Assembly: GCF_000321005.1 (NCBI RefSeq)
Contig: NZ_HE578907.1
Span: 110,975 to 134,974, forward strand
Origin: Anaerococcus senegalensis JC48
GTDB lineage: Bacteria > Bacillota > Clostridia > Tissierellales > Peptoniphilaceae
Direction of reading: 5' to 3'
DNA length: 24,000 bases
Positions 8,854 through 18,163 of this stretch are shown here, piece after piece; the stretch's first letter is position 1; every line of letters begins with the position of its first letter. Both the position numbers and the translations under genes were made by a program. The notes beneath the pieces are model-generated. The model worked only from the letters and a program-made list of their open reading frames with translations, was not told the DNA's origin and made no database searches.

Positions 8854-11262
8854 ATGAGAGAATATAATCCAAATGCCATTGAAAAAAAATGGCAAAAAAT
8901 ATGGGATGAAGAAGAAACATTTAAATCAGAACTTGATAGAGATAAGAAAAAATTCTATCCTTTGGTAGAATTTCCTTACCCATCTGGTCAAGGTCTTCAT
9001 GTTGGTCATCCAAGACCATATACAGCTTTAGATATAGTAGCTAGGAAAAGAAGACTTGAAGGAGAAAATGTAATTTATCCAATGGGATGGGATGCTTTTG
9101 GTCTCCCAACAGAAAATTATGCTATAAAAAATCATATTCATCCTTCAATTGTTACAAAAGATAATATAAATAATTTTAAAGGTCAAATGAAATCAATAGG
9201 ATTTTCTTTTGATTGGTCCAAAGAAGTTAACACAACAGATCCAAATTATTACAAATGGACTCAATGGATTTTCATTCAATTATATAAACATGGACTTGCC
9301 TATAAAAAAGAAATGCCAGTAAACTGGTGCCCATCATGTAAAGTTGGTCTTGCAAACGAAGAAGTTGTTGATGGAAAATGTGAAAGATGTGGGTCAGAAG
9401 TTACACATAAAGTTAAAAATCAATGGATGTTAAAGATTACAGAATATGCAGATAGACTTATTGATGATTTGGATGAAGTTGATTATGAAGAAAAAATAAA
9501 AACTCAACAAAAAAATTGGATTGGAAGAAGTCACGGAGCAGAAATTAATTTTTCTTTAAAAGATAAAGATTACAAATTAAATGTCTATACAACTAGACCT
9601 GATACAATTTTTGGGGCAACTTATATGGTAATTGCACCAGAACATCCTATGCTTAAAGAATTTAAAGATGAGATTAAAAATTTAGACCAAGTAAAAGATT
9701 ATCAAGATTTTGCTAAGAAAAAATCAGATTTTGAAAGAAGCGAGCTTACTAAAGAAAAAACAGGTGTAAAACTTGATGGAATTTCTGCTATAAATCCATT
9801 AAATGGAAAAGAAATTCCAATTTGGATTTCTGATTATGTTTTAATTTCTTATGGAACAGGAGCTATTATGGCAGTTCCTGCACATGATGAAAGAGATTTT
9901 GAATTTGCACAAAAATTTGAAATGCCAGTTATACCTGTAATTGATACAGGTGATGAAGATTTACCAACAACTTCAATTGACAAGGGACTTTTGATAAATT
10001 CAGATTTTCTAAATGGATTAAGTGTTGCAGATGCCAAAAAGAAAATAATAGAATTTGTTGAAGAGAAAAATCTTGGTTCAGCTAAGGTAAATTATAAATT
10101 AAGAGATTGGGTATTTTCTAGACAAAGATATTGGGGTGAACCAATCCCAATGATTTATTGTGAAGAACATGGATGGGTTGCTGAAAAAGAAGAAAATCTT
10201 CCAATAAAATTGCCTGATGTTGATTCTTATGAAGTTACTGATGATGGAGAAAGTCCACTTTCCAAAATAGATGAATTTGTAAATACTACTTGCCCAATTT
10301 GTGGAAAGCCTGCAAAAAGGGAAACTGACACTATGCCACAATGGGCAGGATCTTCTTGGTATTATTTAAGATATATTGATCCAAATAATAGTGAAGACTT
10401 AGCTAGTAAAGAAAAATTAGATTATTACACACCTGTTGATTGGTACAATGGGGGAATGGAACATACTACCCTTCACTTATTATATTCAAGATTTTGGCAT
10501 AAATTTTTATATGATTTGGGAAAAGTTCCTACTAAAGAACCATATCAAAAAAGAACTTCTCACGGAATGATTTTGGGAGAAGATCACCAAAAAATGTCAA
10601 AATCTAGAGGAAATGTTGTAAATCCTGATGATATTGTAAGAGATTATGGAGCAGATACTTTAAGAGCCTATGAAATGTTTATTGGTGATTTTAGGTCAAC
10701 AGCTCCTTGGTCAGATGAAGGCGTTAAAGGTTGTAGAAAATATTTGGAAAGAGTATTTAATCTTTATGATTTAGTAGAAGATGGTGATGAATATACTAAA
10801 GAAATTGAAATTTTAATTAATCAAACTATTAAAAAAGTTTCTGAAGACTATGAATCACTAAAATATAATACGGCAATTGCTGCTCTTATGAGCCTATTAA
10901 ATGAGATGAGAAATATTGGAAAAATTACTAAAAAAGATTATAGAACTTATTTAATTTTATTAAATCCAGTAGCTCCACATTTAACTGAAGAATTATGGGA
11001 AGAAATTGGTTTTGAAGGACAATTAAATCAAACTTCATGGCCTAAATATGATGAAAATAAACTAGAATTTGATTCAATAGAACTTCCTGTTCAAGTAAAT
11101 GGAAAAGTTAGAGCAACAATTAAAATTTCAAAAGATGCAGACCAAGAAGATGCAGTAACTAGCGCAGAAAATGATCAAAATATTCAAAAATATATAGATG
11201 GTAAAAATGTATTTAAGGTAATTTATGTACCAGGAAAAATATTAAATTTACTTGTAAAATAA
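8854..11262 (+). CDS. leuS: Leucine--tRNA ligase
   Basis: 802 aa with a class I HVGH (HIGH) motif, KMSKS, Cys clusters CPSC...CERC, and a CP1 editing-domain region. SD AAGGAG lies upstream, and the gene starts 9 nt after the asnS stop. Confidence 0.96.
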   Translation: MREYNPNAIEKKWQKIWDEEETFKSELDRDKKKFYPLVEFPYPSGQGLHVGHPRPYTALDIVARKRRLEGENVIYPMGWDAFGLPTENYAIKNHIHPSIVTKDNINNFKGQMKSIGFSFDWSKEVNTTDPNYYKWTQWIFIQLYKHGLAYKKEMPVNWCPSCKVGLANEEVVDGKCERCGSEVTHKVKNQWMLKITEYADRLIDDLDEVDYEEKIKTQQKNWIGRSHGAEINFSLKDKDYKLNVYTTRPDTIFGATYMVIAPEHPMLKEFKDEIKNLDQVKDYQDFAKKKSDFERSELTKEKTGVKLDGISAINPLNGKEIPIWISDYVLISYGTGAIMAVPAHDERDFEFAQKFEMPVIPVIDTGDEDLPTTSIDKGLLINSDFLNGLSVADAKKKIIEFVEEKNLGSAKVNYKLRDWVFSRQRYWGEPIPMIYCEEHGWVAEKEENLPIKLPDVDSYEVTDDGESPLSKIDEFVNTTCPICGKPAKRETDTMPQWAGSSWYYLRYIDPNNSEDLASKEKLDYYTPVDWYNGGMEHTTLHLLYSRFWHKFLYDLGKVPTKEPYQKRTSHGMILGEDHQKMSKSRGNVVNPDDIVRDYGADTLRAYEMFIGDFRSTAPWSDEGVKGCRKYLERVFNLYDLVEDGDEYTKEIEILINQTIKKVSEDYESLKYNTAIAALMSLLNEMRNIGKITKKDYRTYLILLNPVAPHLTEELWEEIGFEGQLNQTSWPKYDENKLEFDSIELPVQVNGKVRATIKISKDADQEDAVTSAENDQNIQKYIDGKNVFKVIYVPGKILNLLVK

Positions 11263-11267
11263 AAAAT

Positions 11268-11295
11268 AAGGCTCTTGCAAATGCAAGGGCCTTTT
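11268..11295. terminator. Bidirectional intrinsic terminator between convergent leuS and the 248-aa gene
   Basis: aaggctcttgca (11268-11279) pairs with tgcaagggcctt (11282-11293), with one G.U pair. It is flanked by an A-run on the left and a T-run on the right. Confidence 0.75.
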
Positions 11296-12040
11296 AAATA
11301 TATGTCGATTTTTGGATTGTTGAAATTATTTTTCTTAGCTTATCCGATGTATCAATTTCAGAAAAAGAAATATTTTTAATTTCACTAATCACTTTTATAT
11401 TATTTTTTGTAAAATTTTTATAGTCAGATCCAGTAATAAAATCAATTAAAAGAGTTTCATCTATTTTTTCAACTGTAAGAACAAAAATGCCTTGTAAATA
11501 CTTTGTATTATTATGGTATACTCCGGAATTAAAATCCTTGTCAAAACCTTTGATTTCAACAAAATCCCTATCCTTATTAATTTTTAATCCCAAATCTATC
11601 AATTTATTAAATAAGCTTAAAAAATCATCTATTGAAAAATTCTCATAAAAATTTGAAACCTTAATTTGAGAATAATTGTCTTTTATTCTTAAAGTAAGGT
11701 CTTTGTTGTTATAATATTTTAAAAATAAAGATTTAAAAATAAAAAAAGCTGTGTTATAATCCATATTTTTAAGTCTTATGTCCTTATCAAAACTAAGCTT
11801 AACAGAAGATGATTTTATTTTATTATTTATTGTATGTATCAAATTTCCATTAATAAATCTTATATGACTAACTTCATTTCCTGAAATTCTTGGATTTTCA
11901 TCCAAAAGATATGGAGAAGTTGGCATAAAAATACTCCTATCCAAAATTATCTTTGTATTTTTTCCTTCATTTTTTGTCTTAATAATTTTGGAATCAATTT
12001 TATTTAATTGTGGATGACTAATATATAATAAATCATTCAT
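11294..12040 (-). CDS. AlaX / tRNA-SAD-like protein (alanyl-tRNA-synthetase-related editing fold), apparently degenerate; otherwise hypothetical
   Basis: The pattern matches the AlaX-M layout: LLY...ILDRSIFMP (cf. LDRTxFYPEGGGQ), then DKDIRLKNMDYNTAFFIF (cf. RRxxMxxHTAxHLL), then VEIKGFDKDFNSGVYHNNTKYLQGIFVLTVEKI...LIDFITG (cf. VEIPGxxxELCGGTHVxNTGEIGxxKIxxE...RIEFVTG). SD AGAGGT lies upstream. The assignment rests on remembered family motifs only. Confidence 0.4.
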   Translation of the reverse strand: MNDLLYISHPQLNKIDSKIIKTKNEGKNTKIILDRSIFMPTSPYLLDENPRISGNEVSHIRFINGNLIHTINNKIKSSSVKLSFDKDIRLKNMDYNTAFFIFKSLFLKYYNNKDLTLRIKDNYSQIKVSNFYENFSIDDFLSLFNKLIDLGLKINKDRDFVEIKGFDKDFNSGVYHNNTKYLQGIFVLTVEKIDETLLIDFITGSDYKNFTKNNIKVISEIKNISFSEIDTSDKLRKIISTIQKSTYI

Positions 12041-12068
12041 AAAATTACCTCTAATTTATTATATCATA

Positions 12069-12077
12069 TGTTATAAT
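12069..12077 (+). promoter_or_regulatory. Possible extended -10 promoter (TGtTATAAT) for comEC
   Basis: TGtTATAAT at 12069-12077, 17 nt upstream of the comEC ATG. This would give a very short leader, and there is no clear -35. Confidence 0.3.
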
Positions 12078-12094
12078 AAATTCAGGAGAATCTT

Positions 12095-14275
12095 ATGAGA
12101 AAAAGTTTGTTTTTTTTACTTATTTCTTTATTAGCTGGTATTGGTGTATTCACTTTTTTTGAAACCTATAATTTTTTCTTTGTTATTATAGGTTTATTTG
12201 TGTGTGGAATTTTTCTTTTTATAAGAAAATCTATTTTTTCTTATATTTTTCTTGGTTTTTCTTTAGGGATTTTTCTTGGAAGTTTTTCTTTTAATTCTTA
12301 TAAACTTGATAATTATGATAATTTGAATTTAAATCTTATCATAGTGGATAAGGATAAAAATCAAGATTTTAATATATATTATGTAAAATCCTGTAATGAA
12401 AAGGCAAAAATCAATGAAAAATCTTCTTTTACTAGTGAGAAAAATTTCCAAATAGGTGAGATGTTAAAGGCTGACTGTGAAATTTCTTTGCATAACACTA
12501 ATACTAATCCCTTTATATTTTCTTATAGGAAATATTTGCTTTCTAAAAAGATTAAGTCTAAACTTGAAATAAAATCTTATAAAATTTTAGGCTATTCATC
12601 ATCTATATTTTTAAAAATAAAAAGGACTTTTAGAGCATATATAGACAAAATTTTTGGAGAAAATTTATCAAAAGAATCTTTTTTGTTTATAAAATCTGTC
12701 ATACTTTCTGAAAGATTTGATGATAGGGAAGTTTTGAATAAAATAGGTCTTTCCCACATTTTGGCAATTTCTGGACTTCATATAGACTTAATACTCACTT
12801 TATTATTATTTTTGCTTATAAAATCTGGGATTTCTTTTAAATACGCCTATCCTATTTCTTTAGGATTTTGCTTTTTTTATGGATATTTAATTTCATTTCC
12901 CTTTTCTGTTATTAGGGTTATTTTAATGTATTCTTTTTCTTACTTAGCATTTTTGTTAAAAAAAGGAAGAGATATGTATAAAAATCTTATAGTTTCAATG
13001 CTTTTGATCATGATTTTTAATCCCTTTGCCATTTTTAATTCAGGATTTTTTCTTTCTTTTTTAGCAGGATTTGCGATTTATGTAGTTTATCCAAGTCTTG
13101 TAAGAGGAAAAAAATATTCATATCTAAAGAAAAGTTTTATTTTTACATTGACTTTACAAGTTACTTTAGCTTTTCATGTAATTTATTATTATGGATTTTT
13201 CAATTTATTAAGCTTTTTTGCTAACTTTTTAGTAATACCTATTTTTACTATAGCTATGTATATAATTTTTGGAATTATTATTTTATATCCAATTTTAGGA
13301 GAATTTTTGGGAATTTTATTTTATATTTTAGATTTTTTAATAGGGTCTATTTTAAATATAGTTAGCTTTTTGTCTTCCTTTTCAATTTTTAGCCTAGAAT
13401 TTCCAAAAGAGTCAATTTTAATTTGTTTTTATTATTTAATACTTTTGTTTATTATTGTAAGATTTAAAAATAAAAAATTAAAAGCAAAAAATTTTTTAGC
13501 TATATCAATTTTTATAGTAATTTTTTCTATTATTAGTGATAACAAAAAGGCAATTTCTTTTGAAATGGTAGATATTGGTCAGGGGGATTTTTTTATTTTG
13601 GAAGATGGCAAAGATGTGTATTTATTTGATTGTGGGGAAGTTTCTTTTAAAAATTATTCTTCAAGTGAAAAAATTGCCATCCCTTACTTAAAATCCAAGG
13701 GAGTTAAAAAAATCAAGGCTATGTTTGTATCTCATGAGGACAAAGATCATATGGGTAGTATTGAAAAACTTAAAAATAATTTCGAACTTGGACCTATTAT
13801 TTCAAATAAGTATAATAAAAACCTAGGAAAAATTCATTCTTTTAAGGAAATGAAAGAGGGAGATGTTTATAAGGGGAAAAATTTTATAGTTAGGAATTTA
13901 AAAAATTTTGATGGAAAAGAAAATGAAAATTCTATGCCACTTTTAATTGAGATTAATGGTTTTAAAATTTTAACTATGGGGGATTTACCAAAAGATAAGG
14001 AAGAAATTATAGCGAGAGATATAGATATATTGAAAGTTTCTCATCATGGTTCAAAATTTTCTACGTCAAAAAAATTTATAAAAATGACAAGTCCTGATCT
14101 TGCTCTTATTTCTGCAGGAAGAAAAAATAATTATGGACACCCATCAAAAGAAGTTTTAGAAAATTTAAATAATATAGAAATTTGTAACAGTCAAACAGAT
14201 GGTTATTGTCAAATTGACTTTTACAAAAATTCATTTAAGGTAAAAAAATATGTTAAAGGAGGATTTTTTAGATGA
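12095..14275 (+). CDS. comEC: DNA internalization competence protein ComEC/Rec2
   Basis: 726-aa polytopic membrane protein. It has a competence-domain region (LSHILAISGLHI) and a C-terminal metallo-beta-lactamase domain (VDIGQGDFFIL, SHEDKDHMGS, VSHHGSKFSTS, ISAGRKNNYGHPS). SD AGGAGA. holA lies downstream, as in Bacillus. Confidence 0.92.
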   Translation: MRKSLFFLLISLLAGIGVFTFFETYNFFFVIIGLFVCGIFLFIRKSIFSYIFLGFSLGIFLGSFSFNSYKLDNYDNLNLNLIIVDKDKNQDFNIYYVKSCNEKAKINEKSSFTSEKNFQIGEMLKADCEISLHNTNTNPFIFSYRKYLLSKKIKSKLEIKSYKILGYSSSIFLKIKRTFRAYIDKIFGENLSKESFLFIKSVILSERFDDREVLNKIGLSHILAISGLHIDLILTLLLFLLIKSGISFKYAYPISLGFCFFYGYLISFPFSVIRVILMYSFSYLAFLLKKGRDMYKNLIVSMLLIMIFNPFAIFNSGFFLSFLAGFAIYVVYPSLVRGKKYSYLKKSFIFTLTLQVTLAFHVIYYYGFFNLLSFFANFLVIPIFTIAMYIIFGIIILYPILGEFLGILFYILDFLIGSILNIVSFLSSFSIFSLEFPKESILICFYYLILLFIIVRFKNKKLKAKNFLAISIFIVIFSIISDNKKAISFEMVDIGQGDFFILEDGKDVYLFDCGEVSFKNYSSSEKIAIPYLKSKGVKKIKAMFVSHEDKDHMGSIEKLKNNFELGPIISNKYNKNLGKIHSFKEMKEGDVYKGKNFIVRNLKNFDGKENENSMPLLIEINGFKILTMGDLPKDKEEIIARDIDILKVSHHGSKFSTSKKFIKMTSPDLALISAGRKNNYGHPSKEVLENLNNIEICNSQTDGYCQIDFYKNSFKVKKYVKGGFFR

Positions 14276-15285
14276 ATTATAAGGAATTTATGACTGATTT
14301 ATTTAAAAAAAATACAAGAGGAATTTATCTAATTGATTCTAAAGAAGAATATTTAAAGGAAACAATAATAGACCAATCTAAGGATATGATTTCTTTCCCA
14401 GATTTTAATTATATTGATATTAAAGGAAAAAAGAGCTTAGAAGAGATAAAAACAGCCATGGATACCTATCCTATAATGGAAGATAAAAAAGTTCTTATTT
14501 GGAGAAATATTAACTTATCAAAAAATTCTATAAAAGAATATGATGAAATTTGCCAACTTTTGATAGATGATGCTCAAAACGTACCAGAATTTTTGACTTT
14601 AATAATAATTTCAGAAGAAAATGTATTTAAAGGAAAATTTTATAAGACTATAAAAAAATATGGAAATATTGTTGAAATTGATAGGTTAAATAACAATGAA
14701 TTAGTTTCTTTTATAGGAAAAAGATTTGTAAAAAATAAAAAGAAAATTAAAAAAGCATATATAAATGAAATTATAGATAGATTTTCTTATTTAAACAAAA
14801 ATTCACAAATAGATCTTTACGAAGTTATAAATACAGTTGATAAAATAATAGCTAATTCTGATAAAATTGAAGTTTCCATAGAGGATGTACATGACCAATT
14901 GGATAAAATTTTAGATTTAAATATTTTTAATTTAACAGATACTTTATCAGTCAGGGACACAAAATCTGCTATGAATACATATTTATATATGGCAAAGGAT
15001 ATGGATGAAATTTTTAAGATATTCCATATGATAGTTAGGCATATAAGAAATTTGATAGGAATAAAAGTGCTATTGAAGGATTCGTACAATGATTCTTTTA
15101 TACAAAAATCTTTGGGAATTTCAAGTTATGAACTTAGAAAAGATAAGGGATTTATAAGAAATTTTACATTAAATGAATTATTTGATATTCAAGAATTTTT
15201 ATATAATTGTGACTTAAAACAAAAAAGTCAAGACTTTAATATGAATTTAAATATGTTAATCTTAATAGAAAAATTTTCTAAATAA
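14272..15285 (+). CDS. holA: DNA polymerase III delta subunit HolA
   Basis: 337 aa with an ATGA overlap onto the comEC stop. The position between comEC and convergent rpsT is conserved. The N-terminal segment (IYLIDSKEEYLKETII) and helical C-terminal layout are delta-like, but the sequence is divergent, so context carries much of the call. Confidence 0.72.
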   Translation: MNYKEFMTDLFKKNTRGIYLIDSKEEYLKETIIDQSKDMISFPDFNYIDIKGKKSLEEIKTAMDTYPIMEDKKVLIWRNINLSKNSIKEYDEICQLLIDDAQNVPEFLTLIIISEENVFKGKFYKTIKKYGNIVEIDRLNNNELVSFIGKRFVKNKKKIKKAYINEIIDRFSYLNKNSQIDLYEVINTVDKIIANSDKIEVSIEDVHDQLDKILDLNIFNLTDTLSVRDTKSAMNTYLYMAKDMDEIFKIFHMIVRHIRNLIGIKVLLKDSYNDSFIQKSLGISSYELRKDKGFIRNFTLNELFDIQEFLYNCDLKQKSQDFNMNLNMLILIEKFSK

Positions 15286-15346
15286 AAAAATCGACTCATT
15301 CTAATCTTGGCGACTTATCTAAGTCGCAAGTTTGAATGAACCGACT
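15284..15346 (-). terminator. Compound hairpin terminator of rpsT (possibly also serving holA)
   Basis: Inner stem gcgactta/taagtcgc (15310-15327). Outer stem tcgactcattc (15291-15301)/gaatgaaccga (15334-15344) with a 2-nt mismatch. On the minus strand it is followed by a T7 run (15284-15290 are A on the plus strand). Confidence 0.7.
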
Positions 15347-15351
15347 AAAAA

Positions 15352-15618
15352 TTAAGCATTTAATGAATTTAATTTTTTAGCTAATCTTGAAGTTGTTCTA
15401 CTAGCTTGATTTTTGTGAATAATGTTTTTAGCTGCTGCTTGTTTTACTTTTTTATCAACAGTTTTGAAAAGTTCATTAGCTTTTTCGCTATCTTTATTTT
15501 CAATAGCTTCTTCAAATTTTTTAACGTAAGTTTTTATTTCAGATTTTGCTGATTTATTTCTAGCAGTTTGTTTTTTTGTTACATCAATTCTTTTGATTGC
15601 TGATTTAATATTTGCCAT
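15352..15618 (-). CDS. rpsT: 30S ribosomal protein S20
   Basis: 88 aa, MANIKSAIKRIDVTKKQTARNKSAKSEIKT..., a typical S20. SD GGGGGTG lies upstream on the minus strand. Confidence 0.96.
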   Translation of the reverse strand: MANIKSAIKRIDVTKKQTARNKSAKSEIKTYVKKFEEAIENKDSEKANELFKTVDKKVKQAAAKNIIHKNQASRTTSRLAKKLNSLNA

Positions 15619-15649
15619 TTTTTCACCCCCAATTTATATCGACTGATTT

Positions 15650-15678
15650 ATTTTACCACAAAATAAGCTTAATTACAA
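15650..15678 (-). promoter_or_regulatory. Sigma-A-type promoter for rpsT
   Basis: Read on the minus strand: TTGTAA (15678-15673), 17 nt spacer, TGgTAAAAT with the -10 at 15655-15650. Confidence 0.5.
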
Positions 15679-15707
15679 ATATTTATATTTTATTAAAATT
15701 AAAATAT

Positions 15708-15736
15708 TTGGAACTTTTGTGATATTCGTTTATAAT
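15708..15736 (+). promoter_or_regulatory. Sigma-A-type promoter for lepB-lepA
   Basis: TTGGAA (15708-15713), 17 nt spacer, TATAAT (15731-15736). SD AAAGAGGTG and ATG 15759 follow. Confidence 0.5.
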
Positions 15737-15758
15737 TATAAAATGAAAGAGGTGTAAT

Positions 15759-16310
15759 ATGACAGAAAAATCTAATGATCTAGAATTTCTTGATTGGATA
15801 AAAACTATTCTTCTAGCTTTAGCTGTTGCTTTTTTTATAAAGATATTTGTAATGGATGCAACAAAAGTTGAAGGAAATTCTATGTTAAATACTTTACATA
15901 GTGGCGATATGCTTTTTGTTGACAAAGTTTCAAAACATTTCAAAGGATATGAAAGAGGAGATATTGTAATAATTGAAGCTCCTGACCAAAAAGATACTTT
16001 ATATATAAAAAGAATTGTAGGCATGCCTGGAGATAATATTGAAGTAAAAAATGGCAGCGTATATGTTAACGGTGAAGTTTATGAGGAAAATTATATAAAT
16101 AGCGAAGAAACTCTAACAACAAATGAAAATTCTTCATGGGAAGTTAAAGATGGGGAATATTTTGTTATGGGAGATAATAGACTACCAAATGCTAGCAATG
16201 ATTCTAGAAATTTTGGACCAATATCTAGTGAAAAAATTATTGGACATGCATTTTTAAGATTTTTCCCAATTTATGATATAGGATTTGTAGATAAGGAAAA
16301 CAGACAATGA
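15759..16310 (+). CDS. lepB: Signal peptidase I
   Basis: N-terminal TM anchor, catalytic Ser box [10 protein letters not shown], Lys box [11 protein letters not shown], and [18 protein letters not shown]. Confidence 0.93.
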   Translation: MTEKSNDLEFLDWIKTILLALAVAFFIKIFVMDATKVEGNSMLNTLHSGDMLFVDKVSKHFKGYERGDIVIIEAPDQKDTLYIKRIVGMPGDNIEVKNGSVYVNGEVYEENYINSEETLTTNENSSWEVKDGEYFVMGDNRLPNASNDSRNFGPISSEKIIGHAFLRFFPIYDIGFVDKENRQ

Positions 16311-18112
16311 AAAGAAAAGAGCATATAAGAAATTTCTCAATAATTGCTCACATTGATCATGGCAAGTCAACTTTAGCTGATAGACTTATTGAAAAAACTC
16401 AGTCTGTTGCAAAACGTGAAATAAATGATCAAATGTTAGATAGTATGGAACTTGAGCAAGAACGAGGAATCACTATCAAATTAAAATCTGTAAAGTTAAA
16501 ATATAAGGCCAAAGATGGAGATACTTATGATCTAAATTTAATAGATACCCCAGGTCATGTTGACTTTACTTATGAAGTTTCAAGATCTTTAAAAGCTTGT
16601 GAAGGAGCAATTTTAGTTGTTGATGCATCTCAAGGAGTAGAAGCTCAAACTCTAGCAAATACTTATCTTGCTTTAGAACAAGATTTAGAAATTTTACCAG
16701 TATTAAATAAAATTGATCTTCCAAGTGCAAGAGTTGATGAAACAAAAGAAGAAATTGAAAATCAAATTGGACTAGAAACAGAAAATATTCCTTTAGTTTC
16801 AGCAAAAACTGGACTAAATATTGATGATGTATTGGAAGATATAATTAAAAATGTTCCAGCACCAGAAGATCATGATGATAAACCATTAAAAGCTTTAATT
16901 TTTGATTCATATTATGATTCATACAGGGGAGTAATTTGCTATGTAAGAATTTTTGAAGGAAGTGTAAAAGCTGGTGATGAAATTTTGATGATGGCAAGTG
17001 GTAAATCTTATGAAGTTACTGCTGTAGGTTATACTATGAAAAATAGAATCGAAACCAAAGATTTAAAAAGTGGAGATGTAGGTTTTATTGAGGCAAGCAT
17101 TAAAGATATTAGAAATGCTAGAGTTGGTGATACAATAACCTTAAAAAATAATCCAACTCAAGATCCACTTTCAGGATACAAAGAAGTTTTGCCTATGGTA
17201 TATTCAGGAATTTATCCTGCTGAGGGCGAATCATTTAATAAATTAAAAGATTCTTTGGAAAAGCTTCAAGTAAATGATGCATCTTTAGTTTTTGAACAAG
17301 AAAACTCCCAAGCCTTGGGCGTTGGACTAAGATGTGGATTTTTGGGACTTTTGCATATGGATATTATTACCGAAAGACTTGAAAGAGAATATGATTTGGA
17401 TATTATTGCCACAGCTCCTTCAGTAATTTATAGGGTAAAAACAAAAGGTCACGAAGAGAAAAAATTAGAAAATCCTAACGATTTTCCGCCTCCATCAGAA
17501 ATAGAATATGTAAAAGAACCTATAACAATTTCAGAAATTATGACACCAAAAGAATATATTGGACCAGTTATGGAACTTGCCCAATCAAGGCGAGGAGAGT
17601 TAATTGATATGTCATATATTGATGAAAATAGGGTTTTAATAAAATATAAAATTCCTTTAAATGAAGTAATCTATAACTTTTTTGATTCTTTAAAATCAAG
17701 ATCAAAAGGTTATGCATCACTGGATTATGAAGTTGTAGATTACGAGATAAGTAATCTAATAAAACTTGATATAAAAATCAATGAAGATAAAGTTGATGCA
17801 CTATCAACAGTGGTTCACAAAGATTTTGCCTATCAAAGGGGAAGATCAATTGTAGAAAAATTGAAAGAACAAATTCCAAGACAACAATTTGCAATTCCAA
17901 TCCAAGCTACAATTGATTCAAAAGTTATAGCAAGAGAAACTGTAAAAGCTTTGAGAAAAGATGTAATTGCAAAATGTTATGGTGGAGATATATCAAGAAA
18001 GAAAAAACTTCTAGAAAAACAAAAAGAAGGAAAGAAAAGAATGAGACAACTAGGAAGTGTACAAATTCCACAAGATGCTTTCCTTGCTGTTTTGAAATAT
18101 GATGATGAATAA
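16307..18112 (+). CDS. lepA: Elongation factor 4 (LepA)
   Basis: GTPase motifs [18 protein letters not shown] and NKIDL. LepA-specific C-terminus ...[25 protein letters not shown], 601 aa. ATGA overlap with lepB. Confidence 0.97.
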   Translation: MKRKEHIRNFSIIAHIDHGKSTLADRLIEKTQSVAKREINDQMLDSMELEQERGITIKLKSVKLKYKAKDGDTYDLNLIDTPGHVDFTYEVSRSLKACEGAILVVDASQGVEAQTLANTYLALEQDLEILPVLNKIDLPSARVDETKEEIENQIGLETENIPLVSAKTGLNIDDVLEDIIKNVPAPEDHDDKPLKALIFDSYYDSYRGVICYVRIFEGSVKAGDEILMMASGKSYEVTAVGYTMKNRIETKDLKSGDVGFIEASIKDIRNARVGDTITLKNNPTQDPLSGYKEVLPMVYSGIYPAEGESFNKLKDSLEKLQVNDASLVFEQENSQALGVGLRCGFLGLLHMDIITERLEREYDLDIIATAPSVIYRVKTKGHEEKKLENPNDFPPPSEIEYVKEPITISEIMTPKEYIGPVMELAQSRRGELIDMSYIDENRVLIKYKIPLNEVIYNFFDSLKSRSKGYASLDYEVVDYEISNLIKLDIKINEDKVDALSTVVHKDFAYQRGRSIVEKLKEQIPRQQFAIPIQATIDSKVIARETVKALRKDVIAKCYGGDISRKKKLLEKQKEGKKRMRQLGSVQIPQDAFLAVLKYDDE

Positions 18113-18143
18113 AAGTTAGGGTAGGTCCTAACTTTTTATTTTT
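18113..18143 (+). terminator. Intrinsic terminator after lepA
   Basis: aagttagg (18113-18120) pairs with cctaactt (18127-18134) around a 6-nt loop, followed by tttttattttt. Confidence 0.8.
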
Positions 18144-18163
18144 GAAAAATTTAAGGAGTACAT

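Noticed and set aside
15289-15647. Shared motif atcgactcatt (15289-15299) / atcgactgatt (15637-15647) flanking rpsT, as possible repeats of an inserted element
   Set aside because: It is only an 11-mer with one mismatch, in direct orientation, with no further extension of similarity. rpsT is a conserved core gene in this conserved position, so chance is the likely explanation.
15683-16024. 113-aa minus-strand ORF overlapping the lepB start and the divergent promoter region
   Set aside because: It overlaps lepB, which has clear catalytic motifs, and runs through the rpsT/lepB promoter region. It has no SD and a hydrophobic, low-information sequence.
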